Source: an uncultured bacterium (GTDB lineage: Bacteria > SAR324 > NAC60-12). From it: DNA of 48,906 nt. The DNA is taken from NCBI GenBank assembly GCA_965662845.1, contig CBFIJD010000023.1:1-48906 (forward strand), written 5' to 3'. Under the pieces are notes generated by a model. That model did no database searches. It was not told the DNA's origin and saw only the letters and a program-made list of their open reading frames with translations. This document shows, in pieces, positions 28,488-37,694 of this stretch (position 1 is the stretch's first letter; each line of letters opens with the position of its first letter). The position numbers and the translations under genes were made by a program.

Positions 28488-30395
28488 CTACCGCTCGAGT
28501 GGAATCTTCTCGCGCTTCATCCGGCGATAGACCGTCTTGCGGTTACAACCGAGCTGGCGCGCGACAGCGGTGATGTTCCAGTGGTGCTGCTCCAGGAGCT
28601 GCTCCAGAGCGGGGGTGTCCGCAGCGCAGGCTTCGCTGGGCAGAGAGACGTGGGCGGAGTCATGGCGCCGCGTCTGAAGCTCTTCGGGCAGGTCGTCTAG
28701 CGTGACGACGCCTTCGCTGAGCGCCTCGATCAACTCGATCACGTTGACGAGCTGCCGGATGTTGCCGGGCCAGTCATAGTTTAGCAGCGCCTGCCGCGCC
28801 GGGCGGCTGAGCACGAGCTGCTTCTGATACTGTCGATTTTTGGTCTCCAGCAGCCGCTCGATGATCCACGCCAAGTCTTGACGCTCACGTAGCGCGGGCA
28901 AGTGGAACGTGATCCCCGCGATGCGATAGTACAAATCCCCACGAAACTCGCCGAGCTCGACGCACTCGCGCAGCTCCCGATGAGACGCGGAGATGACCCG
29001 CAAGTCCACCGGCTTGGGCTTTGTGGAGCCAACGCGCATCACCTCCTTCTCGGCCAAGACCCGCAGCAGCCGCGCCTGAAGCTCCAGCGGCATGTCCCCG
29101 ATCTCGTCCAAAAAGAGCGTCCCACCGTTGGCCTGCTCAATCAGACCAAGCTTGCCTTTGCTGCGCGCTCCGGTGAACGAGCCGTTCTCATAGCCAAACA
29201 GCTCGCTCTCAATCAGGCTCTCAGGGATGGCTGCGCAGTTGATCGCCACAAACGGCCCAGGGATGCGCCGCTGTTCGTGAATGTGACGTGCAAGAAACTC
29301 CTTGCCGGTGCCGGTCTCGCCTTGGAGCAAGATGTTCACTTGAGCAGCGACGAGCTTGGGGAGCTTCTGGGCGATAGCTGCCATTTTGGGGTCGCCACCA
29401 TGCAAGGTCTCTTCGGGAGTCCCCACGGCGCGCTGGGCACGAACCGTCTTGGGGCGATGCGTGGGGTGCGCGGAGACAAAGAGCGTCTCGCCATTGCAGA
29501 CACGCACCAAGCGCTGGTGCACAGGAGTCACGCGTGTGAGCGAGGGGAGGTCATTCACAGAGAAGTCAAAGAAGGCTTCGAGGCGGCGGCCAATCGGAGC
29601 AGGCTTGGGCTTGAGGTGAGGCTCCACGCACAACAACTCCCGCGCGTTGCTCGTCATCCCGGCGATGGTCCCATCTGCGTTGAGGGCGACCGCGCACTGC
29701 GGCGCGACCTCCAGAAACACCGGTGATTTGCTGAAGGTGACAATCCACTCGGCAGGAAAGTGATTGAGCAGCGCCGCAAGTTCAATCCGCGCGGCCCAGA
29801 TGCGGACGAGGTGCTGCGCAAAGCTCTGAGAGTCTTTGGACTCTGGCGAGTGCAGCGCTGAGACGTCGAGTACAGCCGTTAGGTTGCCCAGAGGGTCATA
29901 GATGGGAGCCGCTGTGCAGGTGAGCGCGATGTTCGCCGCGTCAAAGTGGTCTGTTTGATGGACCGTGATCGCCTTGCCGGTGTAGAGGCAGGAGCCGACA
30001 CCGCAAGTCCCTGCGCGCTCTTCACTCCACTCGGCGCCAAGGTAGAGCCCCGCCTGGCGCAGCGCCTCGTCCTTGTCAGGGTTGCCAATGTAGTCGATGG
30101 TGACGCCGGCTTCGTCGGTGAGCAGCACGACATAGTTCTTGTCAGCGACCTCTTGGTACAGGGTCTCTAAGCCAAACCGCGCGGTGCGGAGCAGGTCTTC
30201 GGAGCGCTCTTGGTGCTCCTTCAGGTCTTTGTGCGGCAGGATGTACGCGCCGCGCCGAATGGCAGGATCAAGAGAATGCTTCTGAATACAGCGGCGCCAA
30301 GAGTCGACAACTGCGGAGTCCCGCGAGCTGGGGTGTTGAAACTCTAAGACCCGTTGAATCTCTTCAATGTGAGTAATCTCCTCCCGTTGAACCAT
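28488..30395 (-). CDS. acoR: GAF-domain sigma54-dependent activator (AcoR family)
   Basis: SWRRC GAF, G.EWSE...GTCGVG, GETGTGKE, GSFTGA, FLDEIGDM, WPGNIRQL, Fis-type HTH. Confidence 0.88.
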   Translation of the reverse strand: MVQREEITHIEEIQRVLEFQHPSSRDSAVVDSWRRCIQKHSLDPAIRRGAYILPHKDLKEHQERSEDLLRTARFGLETLYQEVADKNYVVLLTDEAGVTIDYIGNPDKDEALRQAGLYLGAEWSEERAGTCGVGSCLYTGKAITVHQTDHFDAANIALTCTAAPIYDPLGNLTAVLDVSALHSPESKDSQSFAQHLVRIWAARIELAALLNHFPAEWIVTFSKSPVFLEVAPQCAVALNADGTIAGMTSNARELLCVEPHLKPKPAPIGRRLEAFFDFSVNDLPSLTRVTPVHQRLVRVCNGETLFVSAHPTHRPKTVRAQRAVGTPEETLHGGDPKMAAIAQKLPKLVAAQVNILLQGETGTGKEFLARHIHEQRRIPGPFVAINCAAIPESLIESELFGYENGSFTGARSKGKLGLIEQANGGTLFLDEIGDMPLELQARLLRVLAEKEVMRVGSTKPKPVDLRVISASHRELRECVELGEFRGDLYYRIAGITFHLPALRERQDLAWIIERLLETKNRQYQKQLVLSRPARQALLNYDWPGNIRQLVNVIELIEALSEGVVTLDDLPEELQTRRHDSAHVSLPSEACAADTPALEQLLEQHHWNITAVARQLGCNRKTVYRRMKREKIPLER

Positions 30396-30589
30396 GTGAT
30401 CCTCCCTTGGTCAGCGGCGCAAGGTGATCGTGCAGCCATGAGTTGGTTTGAAGACGATAGGGCGTCAGCTGACGCTCCCAACAGCGACAGCGCCACAGCG
30501 GAGCGCGCTTGGTTTTTCACCAGAAGCCAACGCTCTCAAGCAAATGGCGAGAACTCATTGTCCAGCGAGGCTGTTTTTTGTTCAACCAA

Positions 30590-30805
30590 ATTTTAAGTTA
30601 GGGCCGCAATTCCTCACTTGATTGATGATTTAAGTATTTGAATATGCTTTATATTAGTTGTTTTTTTGCTACTTTATTTGTGATTAGTTAATTTTTGACA
30701 TACAAAAAAAGTAAGATAAAAGATTTTCAGAGTTTATTGCGCTTGTAATGTCTATTAAATTTGATTCTAATTTTTGTGAACTAATCATTTTTCGAATAAT
30801 TTTGG
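30590..30805. promoter_or_regulatory. AT-rich divergent control region between acoR and the sugar operon
   Basis: Very low GC relative to flanks; TTGACA at 30695; inverted repeat TGATTAGTT (30681) / AACTAATCA (30779). Confidence 0.5.
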
Positions 30806-30815
30806 AGCCAGTTGG

Positions 30816-31781
30816 ATGTTAGCTTTTCCCGCTTTGCCAGCGTTCGCTTCGCGACTCAACTCTATGAAGGCGCGGCTTGATTTGTGGGATGGAGAGGACG
30901 CTCCGTTGGGGTGGGTACGCCGACAGGGAGCCGTGCGAGGGCTGAGCTTGGTGGACTTCAACTACCCTGAACACTTGGCGCAGGTGTCGGTCGCAGAGGC
31001 GCGCGCTGCGCTGCAAGAAGCTGGCTTGTCTGCGGGCGCGATCTGCTTGCGCTATCCCAAAGAGTTTCAGTTAGGTGCCTTCACACATCCGGATCAATCT
31101 CAACGTCAAAGAGCCATTAAAATCACCCTTGAAGCGTGTCAGTGGGCTGAAGCATTAGAGGCTCCAGAAGTGATCGTTTGGTCAGCGTATGATGGCTATG
31201 ATTATCCGCTGCAAACCAACTATCAAAGGCTCTGGGGCGATGTGGTCGCAGCCTTCCGTGAGGTCTGTGACGCGTTTCCTCGACTCAAGATCTCGTTAGA
31301 ACCCAAGCCGACCGAGCCCCGGCGGTATTTCATACACAACACGACCGGCGCGGCCTTGTTGCTGGTGCAAGCGGTCGAACGCGAGAACCTCGGCATCACG
31401 CTCGATTTTGGACACTGTTTGATGTCGGGTGAGAACCCGGCCCAAGCGGCAGCCTTGGTCGGTTCCTACGGTCGGCTGTGGGGCGTGCAACTCAACGACG
31501 GCTTTGTGCGCCCGGGCTGCGAGGATGGGTTGGTGCTGGGCTCGGTGCACAGCACGATGACGCTGGAGTTCCTCCTGTGGCTGCAGCGCACGCAGTACCA
31601 AGGGCATCTGTACTTCGACACCTTCCCAATCAATGAAGACCCTGTGCGCGAAGCCGAGCTGAACATCCGCCGCTGCACACGCTGGTGGGAACAAGCCGCT
31701 CAGCTAGAGGCGGCAGGGTTGCCCGCGTGGCAAGCGCAACACGACATCCTCAGCGTGTTGGAACATCTGGACGAGCTGTGA
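30816..31781 (+). CDS. Xylose-isomerase-like TIM-barrel sugar isomerase
   Basis: DGYDYP.Q, SLEPKPTEPR, G.TLDFGH, QLNDG, YFDTFP metal-binding pattern. Confidence 0.85.
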   Translation: MLAFPALPAFASRLNSMKARLDLWDGEDAPLGWVRRQGAVRGLSLVDFNYPEHLAQVSVAEARAALQEAGLSAGAICLRYPKEFQLGAFTHPDQSQRQRAIKITLEACQWAEALEAPEVIVWSAYDGYDYPLQTNYQRLWGDVVAAFREVCDAFPRLKISLEPKPTEPRRYFIHNTTGAALLLVQAVERENLGITLDFGHCLMSGENPAQAAALVGSYGRLWGVQLNDGFVRPGCEDGLVLGSVHSTMTLEFLLWLQRTQYQGHLYFDTFPINEDPVREAELNIRRCTRWWEQAAQLEAAGLPAWQAQHDILSVLEHLDEL

Positions 31782-32695
31782 GGAACGAGGTCTTGGTTGT
31801 CGGGGCGGCGAACCTCGACCGGATGGCATACGTCGCAGAGCTACCCGCCGTAGGCGCCACAGCGTGCGGCGTTGGCTACGAAGAACACCCCGGCGGCAAA
31901 GGCGCGAACCAAGCGGCGGCGGCGGCGCTCTGGGGAGCCCCTGTGAACTTCGCCGGTTGTGTCGGCGCCGATGAGGCCGGTGGAGTGCTCCGAGACGCGC
32001 TGAGGCGGGCGGGAGTGAACCTCGAGCTGCTGCAGACGCACCCCGCTGGAACTGGGCTGGCGATGGACTTCATTGACCGCGAAGGGCGCTATCAGGCGGT
32101 TGTGACACCCCGAGCGAACCTCGCTTTCGCCGCCGATCAACTCCCGACTAGCGCGGCGTTCTGGCAGCGGATCGGAGTGGTCGTCTTGCAGCGCGAGTTC
32201 ACAGACGCCGCCAATGCTGCTGTGGGATCTCTCGCTCATCGACAAGGCATCCCTGTGTGGATGAACGCCGCGCCAGCGAGCCCGATCCCAGCGGAGTGGT
32301 GGCGCTGGATCAGCGTGCTGATTGTTAATGAAGGCGAGGCGGCGGTCTTAGCCGCACAACCGATTCGCCACGTGCAGGAAGCCCAGCAGGCCGCACAGCG
32401 GCTCTCCGCGCGAGGCCCTGCGGTCGCGCTAACGTTGGGAGCCGCGGGCGTGGTGCTGTGTGAGGCGGGCGTGGTGACTCACTTGCCCGGGCACCAAGTC
32501 GCTGTCGTGAGCACGCTCGGAGCCGGCGACGCCTTTGTGGGAGCGCTGGCCGCCGAGTGGCTCCAAGACCAGGACCTATCCCGCGCCGCGTCTCTGGCGA
32601 ACGCTGCGGCCGCTGCGAGTGTACAGCGTTCGGGAGCGCAGCCTTCTTACATTCGCAAAACTGAACTATCACACTGGCTACCCGACGGGGGATAG
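31778..32695 (+). CDS. PfkB/ribokinase-family sugar kinase (GTG start 31778)
   Basis: VVGAANLD, PGGKGANQA, NAAPA, VNEGEA, TLGAGDAF. Confidence 0.85.
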   Translation: MRNEVLVVGAANLDRMAYVAELPAVGATACGVGYEEHPGGKGANQAAAAALWGAPVNFAGCVGADEAGGVLRDALRRAGVNLELLQTHPAGTGLAMDFIDREGRYQAVVTPRANLAFAADQLPTSAAFWQRIGVVVLQREFTDAANAAVGSLAHRQGIPVWMNAAPASPIPAEWWRWISVLIVNEGEAAVLAAQPIRHVQEAQQAAQRLSARGPAVALTLGAAGVVLCEAGVVTHLPGHQVAVVSTLGAGDAFVGALAAEWLQDQDLSRAASLANAAAAASVQRSGAQPSYIRKTELSHWLPDGG

Positions 32696-32729
32696 CCGCT
32701 CACATTTACCGCTCACAGGGGAGGACAAG

Positions 32730-33194
32730 ATGCTCAAAAACCTTCATCCGCTGCTCACCGCGGAGCTGCTATATGCGTTGCGGGCGATGGGGCACGGCGA
32801 CGAGCTGGTGCTGGCAGACTGCAACTTCCCTGCGGCTTCGGTCGCCGCCCACACCGTCACCGGAGAGCTGATCACCTTAGCGGGAGCGGACATTCCACAG
32901 GCGGCGGAGGCGATCCTCTCGGTGTTCCCTCTTGACAGCTTCGTCGAGTTTCCCGTGTACCGCATGGAGGTCGTGGGGCAGCCCGATGAGCTGGTCGAGT
33001 GCCACACGGACATGCGCCGCGTGATCGACGAGACTTCAGGTGCTCACTGGAAGCTCGGTTCGATTGAGCGTTTCGCCTTCTATGAGCGAGCCCGCAAAGC
33101 CTATGTGGTAGTCTGTGCCGCAGGAGAACGCCGCCCCTACGGCTGTTTTGTGCTGGTCAAGGGCGTGATTGACCCGCATGGCAACGTGGTGTGA
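32730..33194 (+). CDS. RbsD/FucU-family pyranase/mutarotase (ATG 32730)
   Basis: MLKNLHPLL, MGHGDELVLADCNFP, ERFAFYERAR, GERRPYG..KGV. Confidence 0.92.
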   Translation: MLKNLHPLLTAELLYALRAMGHGDELVLADCNFPAASVAAHTVTGELITLAGADIPQAAEAILSVFPLDSFVEFPVYRMEVVGQPDELVECHTDMRRVIDETSGAHWKLGSIERFAFYERARKAYVVVCAAGERRPYGCFVLVKGVIDPHGNVV

Positions 33195-33207
33195 AAGGAG
33201 CGCTCTT

Positions 33208-34143
33208 ATGAAAGAAGTTGTAGTTCTTGGGGTGTTTGTCGCGGACGTCGCCTTTCGGACCAAGCGCATCCCTCAGATTGGTGAGACGCTGATGGGAACG
33301 CTCTTCAAGCTGGGCCCCGGTGGCAAAGGGTCTAACCAAGCGGCCGCCGCGCGACGTGCGGGAGCTGAGGTCAGCTTCATCACGATGTTGGGGAGAGACC
33401 CCTTTGCTCGCATCGCCTTGGAGCTGTATGCCACAGAAGGCATCCGCACCGATCTGATTTTTCAAACAGAGGAGCGCGACACAGGCGCCGCGGACATCAT
33501 CATTGACGATGCCACGGGGGACAACGCGATCATCGTCGTGCCGGGCTCCGCCGATTTGCTCACACCGCAGCATGTAGAGCAAGCCGCCGCTCGGATTGCA
33601 GAAGCCGCGATCTTTCTGACCAACTTTGAGCTGCCTGTGCCCACACTGCGCCGTGGCCTAGAGCTCGCGCGCGCTCACCAAGTCCCGACCCTCCTCAACC
33701 CAGCGCCAGCGACCGCAATCCCGCCAGACGTATTTCAACTGGCGGACTACGTCACCCCCAATGAGGCCGAAGCTTCCGCGTTCACGGGGCTGGCTGTGCG
33801 TTCCCCTGCTGAAGCCCGCCAAGCGGCGCAAAAGTTTCGGGAGCTGGGCGCCCAGCACGCGATCATCACCCTCGGTGAGCAGGGGTGCTATGTGCTCAAC
33901 GACGAACTGGATGAGCACATCCCGACCTTTGCGATGGGAGACCGCGTTGTTGAGACCACAGGCGCGGGAGACGCGTTCAACGGGGGGTTGGCGTTTGCGC
34001 TGGCGAGCGGTCAGCCGCTGCGGGAGGCGCTGCATTTTGCCAACGCGACGGCCGCGCTCTCGGTCACGCGCTCCGGCACTGCTCCGGCAATGCCCACACG
34101 GGTAGAGATTGAGCAGCTCCTTCGAACCGGAGCGCAGGCATGA
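33208..34143 (+). CDS. rbsK: Ribokinase/deoxyribokinase (ATG 33208)
   Basis: GVFVAD, GPGGKGSNQA, NPAPA, TPNEAEA, ETTGAGDAFNGG. Confidence 0.85.
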   Translation: MKEVVVLGVFVADVAFRTKRIPQIGETLMGTLFKLGPGGKGSNQAAAARRAGAEVSFITMLGRDPFARIALELYATEGIRTDLIFQTEERDTGAADIIIDDATGDNAIIVVPGSADLLTPQHVEQAAARIAEAAIFLTNFELPVPTLRRGLELARAHQVPTLLNPAPATAIPPDVFQLADYVTPNEAEASAFTGLAVRSPAEARQAAQKFRELGAQHAIITLGEQGCYVLNDELDEHIPTFAMGDRVVETTGAGDAFNGGLAFALASGQPLREALHFANATAALSVTRSGTAPAMPTRVEIEQLLRTGAQA

Positions 34144-35009
34144 GGGACTGGTCACGCCACGTTTTCATTTGGCCAGCGACACTGATTGTGCTGCTCGTCA
34201 CGCTGTTCCCACTGGTATACACGCTGGACCTCAGCTTTCAAAACGTCCGCTTGATTCCCCCCCTGCCGCCTCGGTACATCGGCTTTGACAACTACCTCAA
34301 GCTGTTGGAGCAGGAGCGTTTTTGGGCGGTCATCAGCAACACGTCTACGCTCGTGGTGGTCTCTGTGGTGATTCAGTATGTGCTGGGTTTCGCGATTGCC
34401 TTGGCGCTGCACAGCCGAGTCGCGGGTGAGAAGCTATATCGCGTCATGTTTTTGCTACCGATGCTGATGACGCCGATCGCGGTGGCGCTGCTGTGGAAGA
34501 CGATGTTCAACTCTCAGTTTGGGCCGCTCAACGAGCTGTTCACCTTCTTCGGCTACCCGAACCCGCCGTTTCTGACTCAGACCACTTGGAGCTACGTCTC
34601 GCTGATCACCGTGGAGGTGTGGCAGTGGACTCCCTTTGTGATCCTGATGATGCTGGCGGGTTTGCAGTCTCTGCCGACCGATATCTATGAAGCGGCCAAG
34701 CTAGAGAACGCTTCCAGCTTTCAAATCTTCTGGGGCATCACCTTCCCGATGCTGCTGCCGCTCTCTGCTGCGGTGATCTTTATTCGCTTTGTGGAAGCCT
34801 TCAAAATCATGGACACGGTCTTCATTATGACCGGCGGTGGCCCCGGCATTTCCACAGAGACGCTGACGCTCTTCGCCTACCAAGAAGGCCTGAAAAAGTT
34901 CAACCTTGGCTACACCTCCGCCATTAGCTTCTTGTTCCTCATCTTCATCATTCTGTGCGGCATCACCTACATGCTGTTGCTGAAGCCCCAGATTGAAAAA
35001 CGACGCTGA
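34140..35009 (+). CDS. Carbohydrate ABC transporter permease
   Basis: TM helices, WQWTPF, YEAAKLE loop, TGGGPG. Confidence 0.92.
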   Translation: MRDWSRHVFIWPATLIVLLVTLFPLVYTLDLSFQNVRLIPPLPPRYIGFDNYLKLLEQERFWAVISNTSTLVVVSVVIQYVLGFAIALALHSRVAGEKLYRVMFLLPMLMTPIAVALLWKTMFNSQFGPLNELFTFFGYPNPPFLTQTTWSYVSLITVEVWQWTPFVILMMLAGLQSLPTDIYEAAKLENASSFQIFWGITFPMLLPLSAAVIFIRFVEAFKIMDTVFIMTGGGPGISTETLTLFAYQEGLKKFNLGYTSAISFLFLIFIILCGITYMLLLKPQIEKRR

Positions 35010-35018
35010 GAGTTGGCC

Positions 35019-36041
35019 ATGCACACCACACGCTGGAAGCGCAATCTCATCCAAGGTCTCTGCCTCCTGTGGCTGATCGGCACGCTGTTTCCGCTGTATT
35101 GGATTTTTGTGACCTCGTTCAAGCCTCCCATCGCGGTCAATGGCGGCCCCACCTATCTGCCGTGGATTGACTTTGAGCCGACCCTCAAGGCGTGGCGCGA
35201 CGCCTTCTCAGGAGAGCGCGGAAATTTCTCCGCGACCTTCATGAACTCCGTGTGGATCTCCATTGGCGCGAGCGTCATCTCCGTCACCCTCGGCTCCATG
35301 GCCGCGTATGCCTTAGTCCGGTTCCAGTTTCGGGTGCGCTTGCTGGCAGGCGTCTTGTTCGCCGTGAGCGGCATAGGGGCTTACGTCTTGGCCAGAGAAC
35401 AGCTGGGCGTGTCTGATGTGAGCGCGATGGGCATCGCCTTTGTGATCGCGTTGGTCGCCTCCATTGGCGCGAACCAGCTGCCGCTGCCGGGACCCGTGTT
35501 GCAGAACAACGACGTGGTCTTTTGGTTTGTCTCGCAGCGCATGATGCCTCCGATCGTCAGCGCCTTCGCGCTCTACATGCTCTACTCGAAAATTGGCAAG
35601 CAGACGGGCGTTCCAATGTTGGACAGCTTTGGAGGCATGACGCTGTGCTATGTGGCGTTCTCGCTGCCGCTGGTCGTGTGGCTGATGCGGGACTTTTTTG
35701 AGTCGATCCCGTTAGAGGTAGAAGAAGCGGCCTTGGTGGACGACGTGCCCCGCTGGCGCATCTTCATCGAGATTGTGATCCCAATGGCGAAGCCCGGCCT
35801 CGTAGCGGTCACGCTGATTACGCTGGGGTTTATTTGGAATGAGTTCTTGTTCGCGCTGATCTTGACGACGGGCGAGTGGCAAACACTCCCGATTTTGCTG
35901 TCAGGACAAAATTCGTATCGCGGCGACGAGTGGTGGGCGATTGCAGTGGCCAACATCATCGCGATCGCGCCGATGTTGATCATCACGGTTGTGCTCGGAA
36001 GGATGATGCGCTCTGGCTTGATGCTCGGGTCGATTCGCTAG
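35019..36041 (+). CDS. Carbohydrate ABC transporter permease with extra TM insertion
   Basis: EEAALVD loop, WNEFLFA, GL.LGSIR end. Confidence 0.9.
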   Translation: MHTTRWKRNLIQGLCLLWLIGTLFPLYWIFVTSFKPPIAVNGGPTYLPWIDFEPTLKAWRDAFSGERGNFSATFMNSVWISIGASVISVTLGSMAAYALVRFQFRVRLLAGVLFAVSGIGAYVLAREQLGVSDVSAMGIAFVIALVASIGANQLPLPGPVLQNNDVVFWFVSQRMMPPIVSAFALYMLYSKIGKQTGVPMLDSFGGMTLCYVAFSLPLVVWLMRDFFESIPLEVEEAALVDDVPRWRIFIEIVIPMAKPGLVAVTLITLGFIWNEFLFALILTTGEWQTLPILLSGQNSYRGDEWWAIAVANIIAIAPMLIITVVLGRMMRSGLMLGSIR

Positions 36042-36107
36042 CTTCCGACTCAAAGCTGGTGCCCACCGTCTGGGCACCGGGTCATTTCTATACTCTGTGG
36101 AGGAATC

Positions 36108-37568
36108 ATGAAGAAGTTGTTTGCTGGATTTATCGCCGCGGCCGCTGCCGCGCTGCTGTCAGCTGGAACCGCTGCAGCTCAGTGTAAGCCCATGGCAGGG
36201 ATGCCAGACTACACCGGCGTGACCGTCACGGTCGGCTCTCAAGTAGGGCCCTTCATTGCGAGCGCCATGAAGCAAGGTGGAGACTCGTGGAGCAAAGCGA
36301 CTTGTGGAAGAGTCGAGATTGTCGAGTTCCCCTTTGGCGAGCTCTACCCCAAGTACATGACCGCCTTCGTGGCAGGAGAAGACGCCTTTGACGTGATCAC
36401 CTTCGCGCCAGCATGGACGCCAGACCTCGCCCCCTACCTGTCAGAGATGCCCGCCACGATGCGCCAGACCCAAGCGTGGCAAGACATTCACCCAACCTAC
36501 CGCGATCGCCTGATGATCTGGGACGGCAAGCATAAGTCACAGACCATCGACGGGGACTTGCACACCATGCACTACCGCATGGACCTCTTTGAGGACCCCA
36601 AGGAGCGGGCAGCGTTCCGAGCGAAGTATGGACGCGACCTCGTCGTTCCGCGCACATGGGACGAATACTACGAGGTGGCGGAGTTCTTCCACCGCCCCAG
36701 CCAAGGTCTGTACGGCGTGACGGAGGCGTTCGCTCGTGGCGGACAGCAGTTCTGGTTCTTCTTCACCCACGCCGCCGCTTACACCAACCACCCAGACCAC
36801 CCAGGCGCGATGTTCTTTGATCCAGAGACCATGGAGGCCCAAGTCAACAATCCCGGCTGGGTCAAGGCGCTCGAAGACTACATCCGCTCGCTCAAGTTGG
36901 CCCCTCCCGGAGCCTTGAACTACTCCTCTGGCGACACCCGCCAGCAGTTTGCCGGAGGGAAAACCTCAATGAACTTCGACTGGGGCGACACAGGAACCGT
37001 CGGCACAGACCCCTCGCAGAGCCAAATTGCCGGCAACGTCGGCTCTGACTTGACCCCCGGCTCCACGCGCATCTGGAACTACAAAACGCAGCAATGGGAT
37101 GAATTCTCGCGCGTGATTTACTCGCCGTTCATGGCCTTCGGTGGCTGGCAGGCAGCGGTCCCTCAAACGAGCGACAACATCGCCGCCGCGTGGCACTACA
37201 TCGAGCACACCACCAACGAACGCAACAGCGGAATCCAAGCGATTACCGGTGGCTCTGGGGTGAACCCTTACCGCTACAGCCACTTCAGCCAAGAGCTGTG
37301 GGAACAGAAAATGAGCCCCCGCGAGGCGCGTGAGTACCTCACCGCACAACGGGACGCGCTCGGAGCGGAGAACGTCGCTCTCGACATGCGCCTGCCTGGT
37401 TACTTCTCGTACACCGAGGTGCTCGAGATTGAGCTGACCCGCGCGCTCGCCGGTGACATCAGCCCTCAAGCCGCGTTGGACTCCGTCGCGCGTCAGTGGA
37501 ATGAACTCACTGACGACTTCGGACGCGACGCGCAAAGAGCGGCTTATCGTGCGTCGATGGGGCTCTAA
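36108..37568 (+). CDS. Sugar ABC transporter substrate-binding protein
   Basis: Sec signal peptide ending AAA-Q, DGD.H..HYR.DLF, PRTWDEY, AFGGW. Confidence 0.9.
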   Translation: MKKLFAGFIAAAAAALLSAGTAAAQCKPMAGMPDYTGVTVTVGSQVGPFIASAMKQGGDSWSKATCGRVEIVEFPFGELYPKYMTAFVAGEDAFDVITFAPAWTPDLAPYLSEMPATMRQTQAWQDIHPTYRDRLMIWDGKHKSQTIDGDLHTMHYRMDLFEDPKERAAFRAKYGRDLVVPRTWDEYYEVAEFFHRPSQGLYGVTEAFARGGQQFWFFFTHAAAYTNHPDHPGAMFFDPETMEAQVNNPGWVKALEDYIRSLKLAPPGALNYSSGDTRQQFAGGKTSMNFDWGDTGTVGTDPSQSQIAGNVGSDLTPGSTRIWNYKTQQWDEFSRVIYSPFMAFGGWQAAVPQTSDNIAAAWHYIEHTTNERNSGIQAITGGSGVNPYRYSHFSQELWEQKMSPREAREYLTAQRDALGAENVALDMRLPGYFSYTEVLEIELTRALAGDISPQAALDSVARQWNELTDDFGRDAQRAAYRASMGL

Positions 37569-37694
37569 GCTCCCGCGCGCTTTTCTGTGGGGAGCGCCGC
37601 CTCCCCCGCCCCGCCCTCGCGTGAGCAGACCGCAAGCGACAGGACGCGCTTGCGCGCAGGCGGACACTTCCTCTCACAGCATCTTGGACACGAA

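Noticed and set aside
27364..28700. Several ORFs including the 176-aa ORF 27939-28469
   Set aside because: Repeat-derived; only the part from ATG 28085 is a tnpA remnant
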